A stretch of 59,588 nt of DNA from Bryobacteraceae bacterium. GTDB lineage: Bacteria > Acidobacteriota > Terriglobia > Bryobacterales > Bryobacteraceae. The position numbers were made by a program, and so were the translations under genes. Location of the stretch: contig JBEKFB010000001.1 in NCBI GenBank assembly GCA_050013535.1, positions 1 through 59,588 of the forward strand, read 5' to 3'. Shown here piece by piece: positions 52,292 to 59,588 of this stretch. Each line of letters starts with the position of its first letter. The first letter of the stretch is position 1. The notes under the pieces are model-generated. The model did not search any database. It was not told the origin of the DNA and saw nothing but the letters and a program-made list of their open reading frames with translations.

Positions 52292-53780
52292 AGGGACCCT
52301 TCACGTGCTGGACCAGACGGTAATTCCGGCGAATGGCATCCAGTTGTGCGGTTGGCAGATGCACCAATTCCGCGCTCTCTTCCTTGGGCTGAGGCGCGAA
52401 CACGTTATCCAGCAGCAGAATCGTCGCGAATTGCCGCGTGGATAAATCGCGCAAGAGCGGCCTCGGATCGCTGCGGCCAGCCTGGACGAGGAGGGTGTAG
52501 ATAAGCGGTTCCACTTCGATGCTGCCGCGATACAGCACTAACGAGTCGTAGTGGCCGGAAAGCACGCGTCCAGGCTGGTCGACGTACCTTTTCAGGGCAG
52601 CGGTTTCCGCGCTGCGGGCCGGTTCGAGCAGGGCCCGTTCGGCGATCACGCGCGCGGTCAGCAGAACGTTGAGGGTCACGTGCAGCAGCAGGGGGATCTG
52701 CAGCAGCGTTACCCAGGTACGCCGGTCGGCAAACAGGTTGGGGAAGAATTGCAGTTCGCCAAGGGCGCACGCGGCGCACATTGGCATCACCAACATCATC
52801 TCAATCTGATAGTTGAGGTCCGAGCCGATCTTGGGGGAAGTCAGCAACCAGACAGCGGTGGAGAGTCCGGCGTAAACGTACAGTGGTGCGGTGCGGCGTG
52901 ACGCGTGCCACGCTCCCACCGCGGCGGTCAGAATGACGCCGGCGCCGGTCAGCATCAGATACTGGGCCTGTTGCAGGAGTTTGAACCAGGCGAACGGGTT
53001 GATATTGGCGACTATGGCGTCGCTGAAATAGCCGCCGTGGGTAATGGCGTTCAGAGCCAGCGCAATGCTGGCGCCCACAGCTCCCACTCCGGCGATCCAC
53101 CACGCGGCGCGCTTGCGATCCTCAGCCAGCAGGGTGAGCCCGATGGCTGCCCCTGCGGCCACGGACGTCTGCTTGGTAAACACGGACAGAATCACGAGAA
53201 TCGCCGACCAGACCAGCGGTTTGATCTCGCGCCTCTCCCGATACCGCAGAAACAGGGTGAAGGCCGCAAGCGAAAAGCACGCGGCGAGCATGTCCACTTG
53301 CCCCACCGTTCCCCAGAAGAGGATGTTCGACGTGGATGCCGCCAACAGTACTCCTGTCGCGCGCGCATAGCGGTCGCGGGTCAGGTATCCGAGTGCTTTC
53401 CAGCACAACCAGAGCGAAGTCAGCAGTGCGGCAAACGAGAGGATGCGCCCGCTGAAGTACGGGCCCGCTCCCCATTTGTGCATATATCCCGAGGCTGTGT
53501 AGAAGATCGGGCCGTAGGGCGAAACGGTGAAGGGGTAGCGATTGAGATCGTAATAAAGGCCCTGGCCATGTGTGAGCATGTTCGAGTGGATCGCCACCAG
53601 CGCCTCCACCGGCGTGAATTCGTGCCGCGACCACAGCAGGACCGCCAGGTGTCCGGCAAGGCCGAACGCCACGAATAACGTGATCCCGAGCAAGACGCGT
53701 TTGCATAGCCGTTCCCGCGACGCGGCGTTAACCAGAACGGGTCGCAGGACTTGGGGCGCAATTGTAGTCGAGGCGGCCAT
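52257..53780 (-). CDS. polytopic GT-C-fold membrane glycosyltransferase-like protein
   Basis: Ten or more hydrophobic helices and a soluble C-terminal domain. Start set to the ATG at 53780 (MAASTTIAPQ), because the 53948 start would overlap the divergent gene. Confidence 0.65.
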   Translation of the reverse strand: MAASTTIAPQVLRPVLVNAASRERLCKRVLLGITLFVAFGLAGHLAVLLWSRHEFTPVEALVAIHSNMLTHGQGLYYDLNRYPFTVSPYGPIFYTASGYMHKWGAGPYFSGRILSFAALLTSLWLCWKALGYLTRDRYARATGVLLAASTSNILFWGTVGQVDMLAACFSLAAFTLFLRYRERREIKPLVWSAILVILSVFTKQTSVAAGAAIGLTLLAEDRKRAAWWIAGVGAVGASIALALNAITHGGYFSDAIVANINPFAWFKLLQQAQYLMLTGAGVILTAAVGAWHASRRTAPLYVYAGLSTAVWLLTSPKIGSDLNYQIEMMLVMPMCAACALGELQFFPNLFADRRTWVTLLQIPLLLHVTLNVLLTARVIAERALLEPARSAETAALKRYVDQPGRVLSGHYDSLVLYRGSIEVEPLIYTLLVQAGRSDPRPLLRDLSTRQFATILLLDNVFAPQPKEESAELVHLPTAQLDAIRRNYRLVQHVKGPYGVYVYEPRRD

Positions 53781-53939
53781 GGATCGCCTACTTGTGTTCC
53801 ATCGGTCATGTGGGCCCGCAGCTTTAAGGCGCTCCCGTGGTCCAATCGGACGCTGCCCGAACTCCCCTGCAAAAGGGCTGCGCGCGCTCGGAGCGGGGGC
53901 GGCGCACCACGCTGCTAAAGTCCTCCTCCAGCGGGGCCG

Positions 53940-55460
53940 ATGGTCCAATCAGTCAGCATGGCTGCCAGCATCGGTGTCTCCGCCACCAAATCGCCTCGAT
54001 CGAGTGGCGCCGCCGCAGATCCGCCGGTGCCTGCGTGGCTCTTCCCGGCATTGTTCGCGGGCGCGATCCTCGCCTATTGGATGTCCCGTATTTCACGCGG
54101 CTTCTGGATCGACGAGGCGACGGCGTATTGGATCGATCAGGGCGGCCTGGCGAAGGCCTGGTCAAAGCTCGAGACATTCCCGTTCGGCCAGTCTCTTCTG
54201 TATCAGTACGTCGTGTCACCATTCCTGTCGGATGGCGCGCATAAGGAGGCGCTGCTGCGGGTTCCTTCCGTCGCCGGTGTGCTTCTGGCGGCCTGGCTGC
54301 TGTATAAGCTGACCGAACGGATAGCGGGACCGGGCTCCGGCTGGCTCGCGGTGGTGCCGTTTGCCTGCACCGGCGCGATTGTTGAGACAGCCACCAACGC
54401 GCGCCCATACGCGCTGGGACTCGCGGTCATCCTGGCTTCTTTCTGGAGCTTGCGCGAATGGGTGCATACCGGGAAAAGATCGTGGCTCGCGCTTTACTGC
54501 GCTTCTTCGGCGTTGGTCGTCTACTTTCATTACCTCTTTGTGCTCATATTCCTGGTACAAACGGTGTATCTGATAGCGGCACATTCCTCCGGAAGGCTCT
54601 TTTCCTGGGCGCGAATTCTGGCCGTGGCATTCGCGATTGTTGTTGCCGCGGTTCCGCTGGCGAAGCAGATGTTGACGCTTGTAGGCCAGGCAGACAAGTG
54701 GACATCGGCTGTGAGACCCACGGCAGGCACCTTCCTGAGTCTTTTTCCGTGGCAGGTTGCCATCACGGTGACGATCGGACTCTTTCTTTGCTTTGTGCTT
54801 CATCGCGATTGGTTCGCAAATGTGTTCGCTCTGGCGGGCGACGACTTGATCCTGCTCGTCGCGTGGGTGCTGCTGGGACCTCTGGTGATGTTCGTTGCAC
54901 AGCGCACGACCTCGCTGGCCGTCTTCACGACGCGCTATCTCATCTATGTGTTTCCACCGTGTTTCATACTGCTGGCATGGTGTATCCGCCAGATGCGGAA
55001 TCGACGCGCGCAGTTCGCACTCGCGCTCGCAGTCGTGCTAAACGCCGCGCTTTACGTTCGCGACGTCGGAGCCAACACGCCCGAGTGGCGGACGCCGCTC
55101 CGGGTTGCGCAGAGAATTGCCGGCGGCGGCACGCCGATCCTGCTTCGCAGTCCCCACGCCGACGGTGTCGGGTTCGATTGGAAAACCGAGCCCAACCCGG
55201 CTCACCACTATTTCGCGCAGCTTGGTCCGTATCCGGTGCGAAATGAGATCATTCCGGTGCCGTTCTTCGTGGACGCCGCCGCCGAGCGATACCTGGAACA
55301 GGAGATCGAGCGCCGCATGGCGGCGCAACGCCGCTTCTGCCTGATTGCCAACAAGGGCTCCGACGTACTGGCAACGCTGCCCGCCTGGTTCCGAACGCAC
55401 GGGTTTGCCGTCGACACACGCGACTGTGCCGGCATCGAGGTCCTGTCTTTTCAACGTTAG
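53940..55460 (+). CDS. polytopic GT-C-fold (GT39/ArnT-like) membrane glycosyltransferase-like protein
   Basis: ...GFWIDEATAYW... first-loop acidic motif, many TM helices and a soluble C-terminal domain. Alternative start at 53958. Confidence 0.65.
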   Translation: MVQSVSMAASIGVSATKSPRSSGAAADPPVPAWLFPALFAGAILAYWMSRISRGFWIDEATAYWIDQGGLAKAWSKLETFPFGQSLLYQYVVSPFLSDGAHKEALLRVPSVAGVLLAAWLLYKLTERIAGPGSGWLAVVPFACTGAIVETATNARPYALGLAVILASFWSLREWVHTGKRSWLALYCASSALVVYFHYLFVLIFLVQTVYLIAAHSSGRLFSWARILAVAFAIVVAAVPLAKQMLTLVGQADKWTSAVRPTAGTFLSLFPWQVAITVTIGLFLCFVLHRDWFANVFALAGDDLILLVAWVLLGPLVMFVAQRTTSLAVFTTRYLIYVFPPCFILLAWCIRQMRNRRAQFALALAVVLNAALYVRDVGANTPEWRTPLRVAQRIAGGGTPILLRSPHADGVGFDWKTEPNPAHHYFAQLGPYPVRNEIIPVPFFVDAAAERYLEQEIERRMAAQRRFCLIANKGSDVLATLPAWFRTHGFAVDTRDCAGIEVLSFQR

Positions 55461-55471
55461 CCGCGTCCCGA

Positions 55472-56365
55472 ATGGAGCGCGATTGTCGATCCGGCTTTCA
55501 GCGGTGCGCGGCCTTTGATGTTCCACCTGGACTTCCGGGTGCCATTGTGCGACGCTGGCGTCTTGGGCCACCCGGAGGCCACACCATCGTCAAAATCTGC
55601 GTATTAGCCAGCAGCAGCGCGGGGAATTCCACGTTCATCGCCACCGGGCGCACGCGCATTCTGGTGGACGCGGGGCTCAGCCGCAAGGAAATCCTCGCGC
55701 GGCTGGCGGCCATCGGCGAAGACGGCGAAACCCTGGATGCCATCCTGATTACGCACGAGCACACCGACCACGTCAGCGGCCTCGTGCCCATGGCACGTTG
55801 CGGCGGCCGGCGCAGTATCCCTGTCTTCCTCACCACCCTCACCTCGCCGGCAATCCCGTGGGGCGAGTACACGCCGGTGCTGGAACGGTTCCAGGCAGGC
55901 TCTACGTTTACAATTGGAGATATTGAAGTGGACAGCTTTACCATCCCCCACGACGCCGTCGACCCGGTGGCGTTCTCATTCCGCACTCAGGGGTTGAAAA
56001 TCAGCCAGGTCACCGACCTTGGCTACCTGCCCGATTCCATCAAAGTTCACGTGAGCGGCAGCGACCTGCTGGTCCTCGAATCGAATCACGACCTCGATAT
56101 GCTGAAGGTAGGTCCTTATCCGTGGTCGGTGAAACAGCGCGTGATGGGGCGAAATGGTCATTTATCTAACGATGTGGTTTCGAGTTTCATTCGAGACGAT
56201 CTGGACACCCGAACCAGCACGCTCGTGCTCGGCCATATCAGCGAGCACAACAACCACCCGGCCATTGTCGAGCTGATGGCTTCTCAGGCATTGGACGGTC
56301 GAACGTTATTTACGAAACTTGTAGTAGCCGAGCCGCGGCATCCCACGGAAGTGTTCGTTTACTAA
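55472..56365 (+). CDS. MBL-fold metallo-hydrolase
   Basis: ILITHEHTDHVSG (HxHxDH) and KICVLASSSAGNS. The true start is probably downstream of 55472. Confidence 0.8.
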   Translation: MERDCRSGFQRCAAFDVPPGLPGAIVRRWRLGPPGGHTIVKICVLASSSAGNSTFIATGRTRILVDAGLSRKEILARLAAIGEDGETLDAILITHEHTDHVSGLVPMARCGGRRSIPVFLTTLTSPAIPWGEYTPVLERFQAGSTFTIGDIEVDSFTIPHDAVDPVAFSFRTQGLKISQVTDLGYLPDSIKVHVSGSDLLVLESNHDLDMLKVGPYPWSVKQRVMGRNGHLSNDVVSSFIRDDLDTRTSTLVLGHISEHNNHPAIVELMASQALDGRTLFTKLVVAEPRHPTEVFVY

Positions 56366-56367
56366 TC

Positions 56368-57681
56368 ATGATTGCCCGCTATACGAGGCCCGAAATGGGC
56401 CGTATCTGGAGTGAAGAGAACAGGTTCCGCCAATGGCTGGAGGTGGAGCTGGCGGCCGCCGAAGCGCTGGCCGAAACCGGCGAAGTCCCGCAGGATGCCG
56501 CTCGCCTGCTCCGCGAGCATGCCGACTTCACCGTCGACCGTATCGACGAGATCGAGCACGAGGTACGGCACGATGTCATCGCATTTACTACGACTGTCGC
56601 TGAATCCATGGCCGCTGCTGGTCACGCTGAAGCCTCCCGCTGGCTGCACTATGGCCTGACCTCTAACGATGTCGTGGACACCGCGCAGGCCCTGATGGTA
56701 AAACAGGCCTCCGCATTGATCCGGCGAGGGATTGCTGAGCTCTCCACAGCTCTCCATGAGCGCGCATTCGAGCACAAGCACACCGTGCAAATTGGCCGAA
56801 CGCATGGAATTCAGGCCGAACCGATCACGTTCGGTCTGAAGGTGGCCCTCTGGTACGACGAGCTTCGTCGAAATCTCGCCCGTTTCGACGCTGCCGCGGA
56901 AGATATGCGGGTGGGGAAGATCTCCGGTGTGGTCGGAACCTTCGGCCATGTCGGCCCGGATGCCGAGGAGCGCATCTGCGAAAGACTGGACCTGAAACCG
57001 GCGGCCATTGCCTCTCAGGTAATCTCCCGGGACCGGCACGCCGCATGGGTGTCGGCCCTCGCTTTACTGGCTGCCACATGCGAGAAGATCGCTTTAGAGA
57101 TCCGGCATCTGCAGCGCACTGAGGTCCGGGAAGCCGAGGAGCCGTTTTCCCCGGGGCAGAAGGGTTCCTCAGCCATGCCGCATAAGCGTAACCCCGTGAC
57201 CTGCGAGCAAATTTGCGGCTTGGCCCGAATAGTACGATCCAACGCCCAGGCGGCGTTCGAAGACATTGCACTGTGGCACGAACGCGACATTTCGCACTCG
57301 TCGGTGGAGCGCGTGATCCTTCCCGATTCTGCCATCCTGGTGGACTATCTGCTCGCCAGGACGGTGTGGCTGGTCAAGGGCCTGCGCGTCAACGCCGGTC
57401 GCATGCGTCAGAATCTCGAACTTACTAAAGGTTTGATTTTCTCGGGCCAACTTCTGCTCGACCTGACTGCGGCCGGTATGCTTCGCGAGCGGGCGTACAG
57501 CGTTGTTCAGCGCCATGCCATGCGGAGCTGGGAGGAAGGCAGTGACTTCCGCAAGGCCATCGAAGCCGACCCGGAAGTCAGTAAACTCCTTGCGCCTGAG
57601 GAGGTTGCGGCGGCGTTCTCGGTGGAGCGATACCTGCAACACGTAGACCGGATCTTTGCGCGGGTGTTCCACTCGGAATAG
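56368..57681 (+). CDS. purB: adenylosuccinate lyase
   Basis: MIARYTRPEM..IWSEENRF, ...GSSAMPHKRNP signature loop. 437 aa. Confidence 0.95.
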   Translation: MIARYTRPEMGRIWSEENRFRQWLEVELAAAEALAETGEVPQDAARLLREHADFTVDRIDEIEHEVRHDVIAFTTTVAESMAAAGHAEASRWLHYGLTSNDVVDTAQALMVKQASALIRRGIAELSTALHERAFEHKHTVQIGRTHGIQAEPITFGLKVALWYDELRRNLARFDAAAEDMRVGKISGVVGTFGHVGPDAEERICERLDLKPAAIASQVISRDRHAAWVSALALLAATCEKIALEIRHLQRTEVREAEEPFSPGQKGSSAMPHKRNPVTCEQICGLARIVRSNAQAAFEDIALWHERDISHSSVERVILPDSAILVDYLLARTVWLVKGLRVNAGRMRQNLELTKGLIFSGQLLLDLTAAGMLRERAYSVVQRHAMRSWEEGSDFRKAIEADPEVSKLLAPEEVAAAFSVERYLQHVDRIFARVFHSE

Positions 57682-57728
57682 TCAGTCGGCATACTACTCC
57701 GGTAGCAAAGGTACCACCAGGTACTATT

Positions 57729-57751
57729 GCCCGGACATGTCGGTTTTTTTG
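57729..57751 (+). terminator. candidate intrinsic terminator after purB
   Basis: Short imperfect stem (CCGGACATGTCGG) followed by T7 (57744..57750), an unusual T-run in this GC-rich DNA. An imperfect hairpin GCAAAGGTAC/GTACTATTGC lies just upstream. Confidence 0.35.
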
Positions 57752-57804
57752 TTCGTCAAAAATCAAGTATTTCAATTTCCATCTCTTGCCCTTACACTTC
57801 TCGT

Positions 57805-58230
57805 ATGGGCGCCACGAAGACCGCCGAGCTCGCGCTGGCAAGAGTCTTGCTCGTGGATGATAACACTGCCGCCCGGTTAACCCTCCAAACCGTTCTCGAA
57901 GCTGGCGGCTATCGCGTTGATTCTGCTGCATCTGCGGCCGAAGCCGTGGGCAAGCTGGACGATTGCGAATACTCGCTGGTGCTGAGCGATATGGAGATGG
58001 AATCGCCCTTTGCCGGTCTGAAGGTTCTGGCGCACGCCCGCATGATGGACTATAAGCCCGCCACCGCGCTGGTGGCGAGTTGCCAGGATGGGGTTGCCGT
58101 GGAAGGCCACCCGGACATGCTCATTGAGCCCGAGGATGTCCCTGATTTGCTTGAGGATGTAGCGAGTTTGATCGGGGAGCGGGCGGCGCGCCGCATGCAC
58201 CGGGAACTACGTCTGCTGCACCTCGATTAG
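57805..58230 (+). CDS. single-domain response-regulator receiver protein
   Basis: Start set to the ATG at 57805. RVLLVDDN...LVLSDMEM receiver motifs. Confidence 0.7.
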   Translation: MGATKTAELALARVLLVDDNTAARLTLQTVLEAGGYRVDSAASAAEAVGKLDDCEYSLVLSDMEMESPFAGLKVLAHARMMDYKPATALVASCQDGVAVEGHPDMLIEPEDVPDLLEDVASLIGERAARRMHRELRLLHLD

Positions 58231-58830
58231 CGCCTTTTCGAACGCGTCCAGCTCTCCCGCGAAAAAGTGATCCTTCGCTTCGATCCAGATTAGTTTCTTC
58301 GGCTCGGCCAGTGAATCGAACCATATCTGCATGGCCTCGCGCGGACCGTATTGGTCGTGAGTGCTCTGTATGAAGACTCGCGGCACACCGCATTGAGGGG
58401 CAGCTTCCTGATAGGCTCTCGGAAAACCAACGAGGAGGGCCCGGCGCGGGTGAGGTTTCTCGCAGGCGAGCCGCAAGGCTATTCTTGAACCGAAAGAAAA
58501 CCCGGCAGTTGTAGACGGCAGGTCCGGGTACCGCTCGCGAAGTAATCCCAGGGCCACGCGAGCGTCATCGGTCTCGCCGTCGCCGTTGTCGTAGACGCCC
58601 TCGCTTAGGTTGACGCCGCGGTAATTGAAGCGCAGCACCACCGCCCCTGCCTGCCGAAGTCCGCGCGCCATGCGATAGACCACCTTGTTATGCATCGTTC
58701 CGCCATGCTGTGGATGCGGGTGGCATACCAGCGCGGCTTCGCGCGGCTCGCCATGCTCAGGCTCTTCGAGCAGTGCCTCCAGCTTTCCCGCGGGGCCGTC
58801 GATGAAGAACGATTCGATACGGCGGGGCAA
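58207..58830 (-). CDS. alpha/beta hydrolase
   Basis: ...ALVCHPHPQHGGTMHNKVV... and nucleophile elbow GFSFGS. 24-nt convergent overlap with the receiver gene. Confidence 0.75.
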   Translation of the reverse strand: MPRRIESFFIDGPAGKLEALLEEPEHGEPREAALVCHPHPQHGGTMHNKVVYRMARGLRQAGAVVLRFNYRGVNLSEGVYDNGDGETDDARVALGLLRERYPDLPSTTAGFSFGSRIALRLACEKPHPRRALLVGFPRAYQEAAPQCGVPRVFIQSTHDQYGPREAMQIWFDSLAEPKKLIWIEAKDHFFAGELDAFEKALIEVQQT

Positions 58831-58832
58831 GG

Positions 58833-59333
58833 TCAGTTGGACCGGTAGTTGGTGAACTGCATGTCGATGCCGAAATCATGCCCCTTGACGAGGTGGATGA
58901 TCTCCTGGAGCGTGTCGCGATCCTTGCTGCTGACGCGAACCATGTCGGCGTTGATAGACGCCTGCACCTTCTTCTTGCTGTCCTTGATCAGCTTCACTAT
59001 TTCGCGCGCTTTTTCGATGGCAATGCCCTGCTGCAGCGTAATTTCCTGCCGCACACTGGAACCGGCCGACGGAATGACAGGGCCGTAGGTTAGCCCCTTC
59101 AGCGGCACCGAGCGCTTCACCAGCTTCGCTTGCAAGATCTCCGTGATGGCCGTGAGCTTGTACTCGTCCTGGCTGGCCAGCAGGATTTTGTGGTCTTTTT
59201 CATTGAGCTCAATGGTGGACTTTGTGTTCTTGAGATCGTAGCGCTGATCGATCTCCTTGGTCGCCTGGTGGATGGCGTTGCTCACTTCAGCGAGGTCGAT
59301 TTTGGAGACGATGTCAAAGGTGTTTTCGGGCAT
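58833..59333 (-). CDS. yajQ: YajQ-family (UPF0234) nucleotide/c-di-GMP-binding protein
   Basis: FDIVSKIDLAEVSNAIHQATKEIDQRYDLK...QFTNYR is the canonical YajQ pattern. Confidence 0.9.
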   Translation of the reverse strand: MPENTFDIVSKIDLAEVSNAIHQATKEIDQRYDLKNTKSTIELNEKDHKILLASQDEYKLTAITEILQAKLVKRSVPLKGLTYGPVIPSAGSSVRQEITLQQGIAIEKAREIVKLIKDSKKKVQASINADMVRVSSKDRDTLQEIIHLVKGHDFGIDMQFTNYRSN

Positions 59334-59408
59334 GGGTGGCTACAGCAATATGATACCGGAGCGGGCTTCGCGGAAGGCTCTGCCGCACCGCTGCGCTACT
59401 CTGAGTGC

Positions 59409-59588
59409 ATGCCCCTCGCAGATTCCTTCTTCGGGCGAAAGTTTGCCATTACTACCGGAGATCTCGAGGGCTGGCTGGCTGAAGCCCTGTCTTCGGGCGG
59501 CGATTACGCCGACCTCTATTTCGAGTATCTCGCTACCAGCAGCATCGGCATGGACGAGTCCATCGTCAAGAGCGCCATGCAGGGCGTC
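59409..59588 (+). CDS. tldD: TldD-like metalloprotease, 5' fragment (runs off the window)
   Basis: ATG at 59409. MPLADSFFGRKF...LSSGGDYADLYFEY resembles the TldD N-terminus. Open to the window end. Confidence 0.55.
   Translation, partial: MPLADSFFGRKFAITTGDLEGWLAEALSSGGDYADLYFEYLATSSIGMDESIVKSAMQGV

Noticed and set aside
1-59588. Mobile elements, prophage, defence systems, tRNA/rRNA genes
   Set aside because: I found no transposase, integrase, recombinase, restriction-modification or toxin-antitoxin signatures in any credible ORF. I saw no cloverleaf-like or rRNA-like segments in the few intergenic gaps, and no abrupt compositional change by eye.

Overview
Visibly GC-rich bacterial chromosomal segment dominated by one large flagellar regulon (about 1.8-45 kb, roughly 45 genes), with unrelated genes on both flanks. 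I saw no rRNA, tRNA, CRISPR array, transposase or integrase.

Layout:
- Left edge: about 500 bp with two candidate micro-ORFs, then a CsoR/RcnR-type metal repressor and a cation-diffusion-facilitator exporter split by a perfect 10-bp tandem duplication.
- Flagellar block: an unusual sigma-54 activator; flgBC-fliEFGHIJ; an HDOD protein; fliC-fliD; flbD-motAB-fliW-csrA fused to a TPR/GT41 glycosyltransferase and two methyltransferases; an inverted monocistronic fliM; a roughly 15-kb minus-strand block fliK-flgDE-fliN-fliOPQR-flhBAF-fliA-fliN(long)-flgM-flgKL; flgFGAHI plus a rod-binding protein; fliS.
- Right flank: housekeeping genes (S41 protease, ddl, arginase, asnS, purB, yajQ, tldD 5' end) and an envelope-glycosylation cluster (GT2, methyltransferase, two GT-C membrane proteins).

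Most interesting observations:
- Candidate sigma-54 promoters sit 12-18 nt from the start codons of four operons, which predicts near-leaderless mRNAs.
- Two clean sigma-28 promoters share CTCTAAA-N14/15-GCGATAT.
- The fliC leader carries a GGA-in-loop hairpin next to a fliW-csrA pair.
- A flagellin-modification island is co-operonic with fliW-csrA.
- The activator has a REC(degenerate)-AAA+-HTH-REC architecture.
- There are two FliN paralogues and no flhG.
- FlgH contains no cysteine.
- Several orphan small genes are translationally coupled inside flagellar operons.

Gene order (flbD-motAB, fliW-csrA, sigma-54/sigma-28 tiers) fits a deep-branching diderm such as Acidobacteriota, but that is a guess. 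All protein calls come from recognising motifs in the translations by eye; no database search was run.
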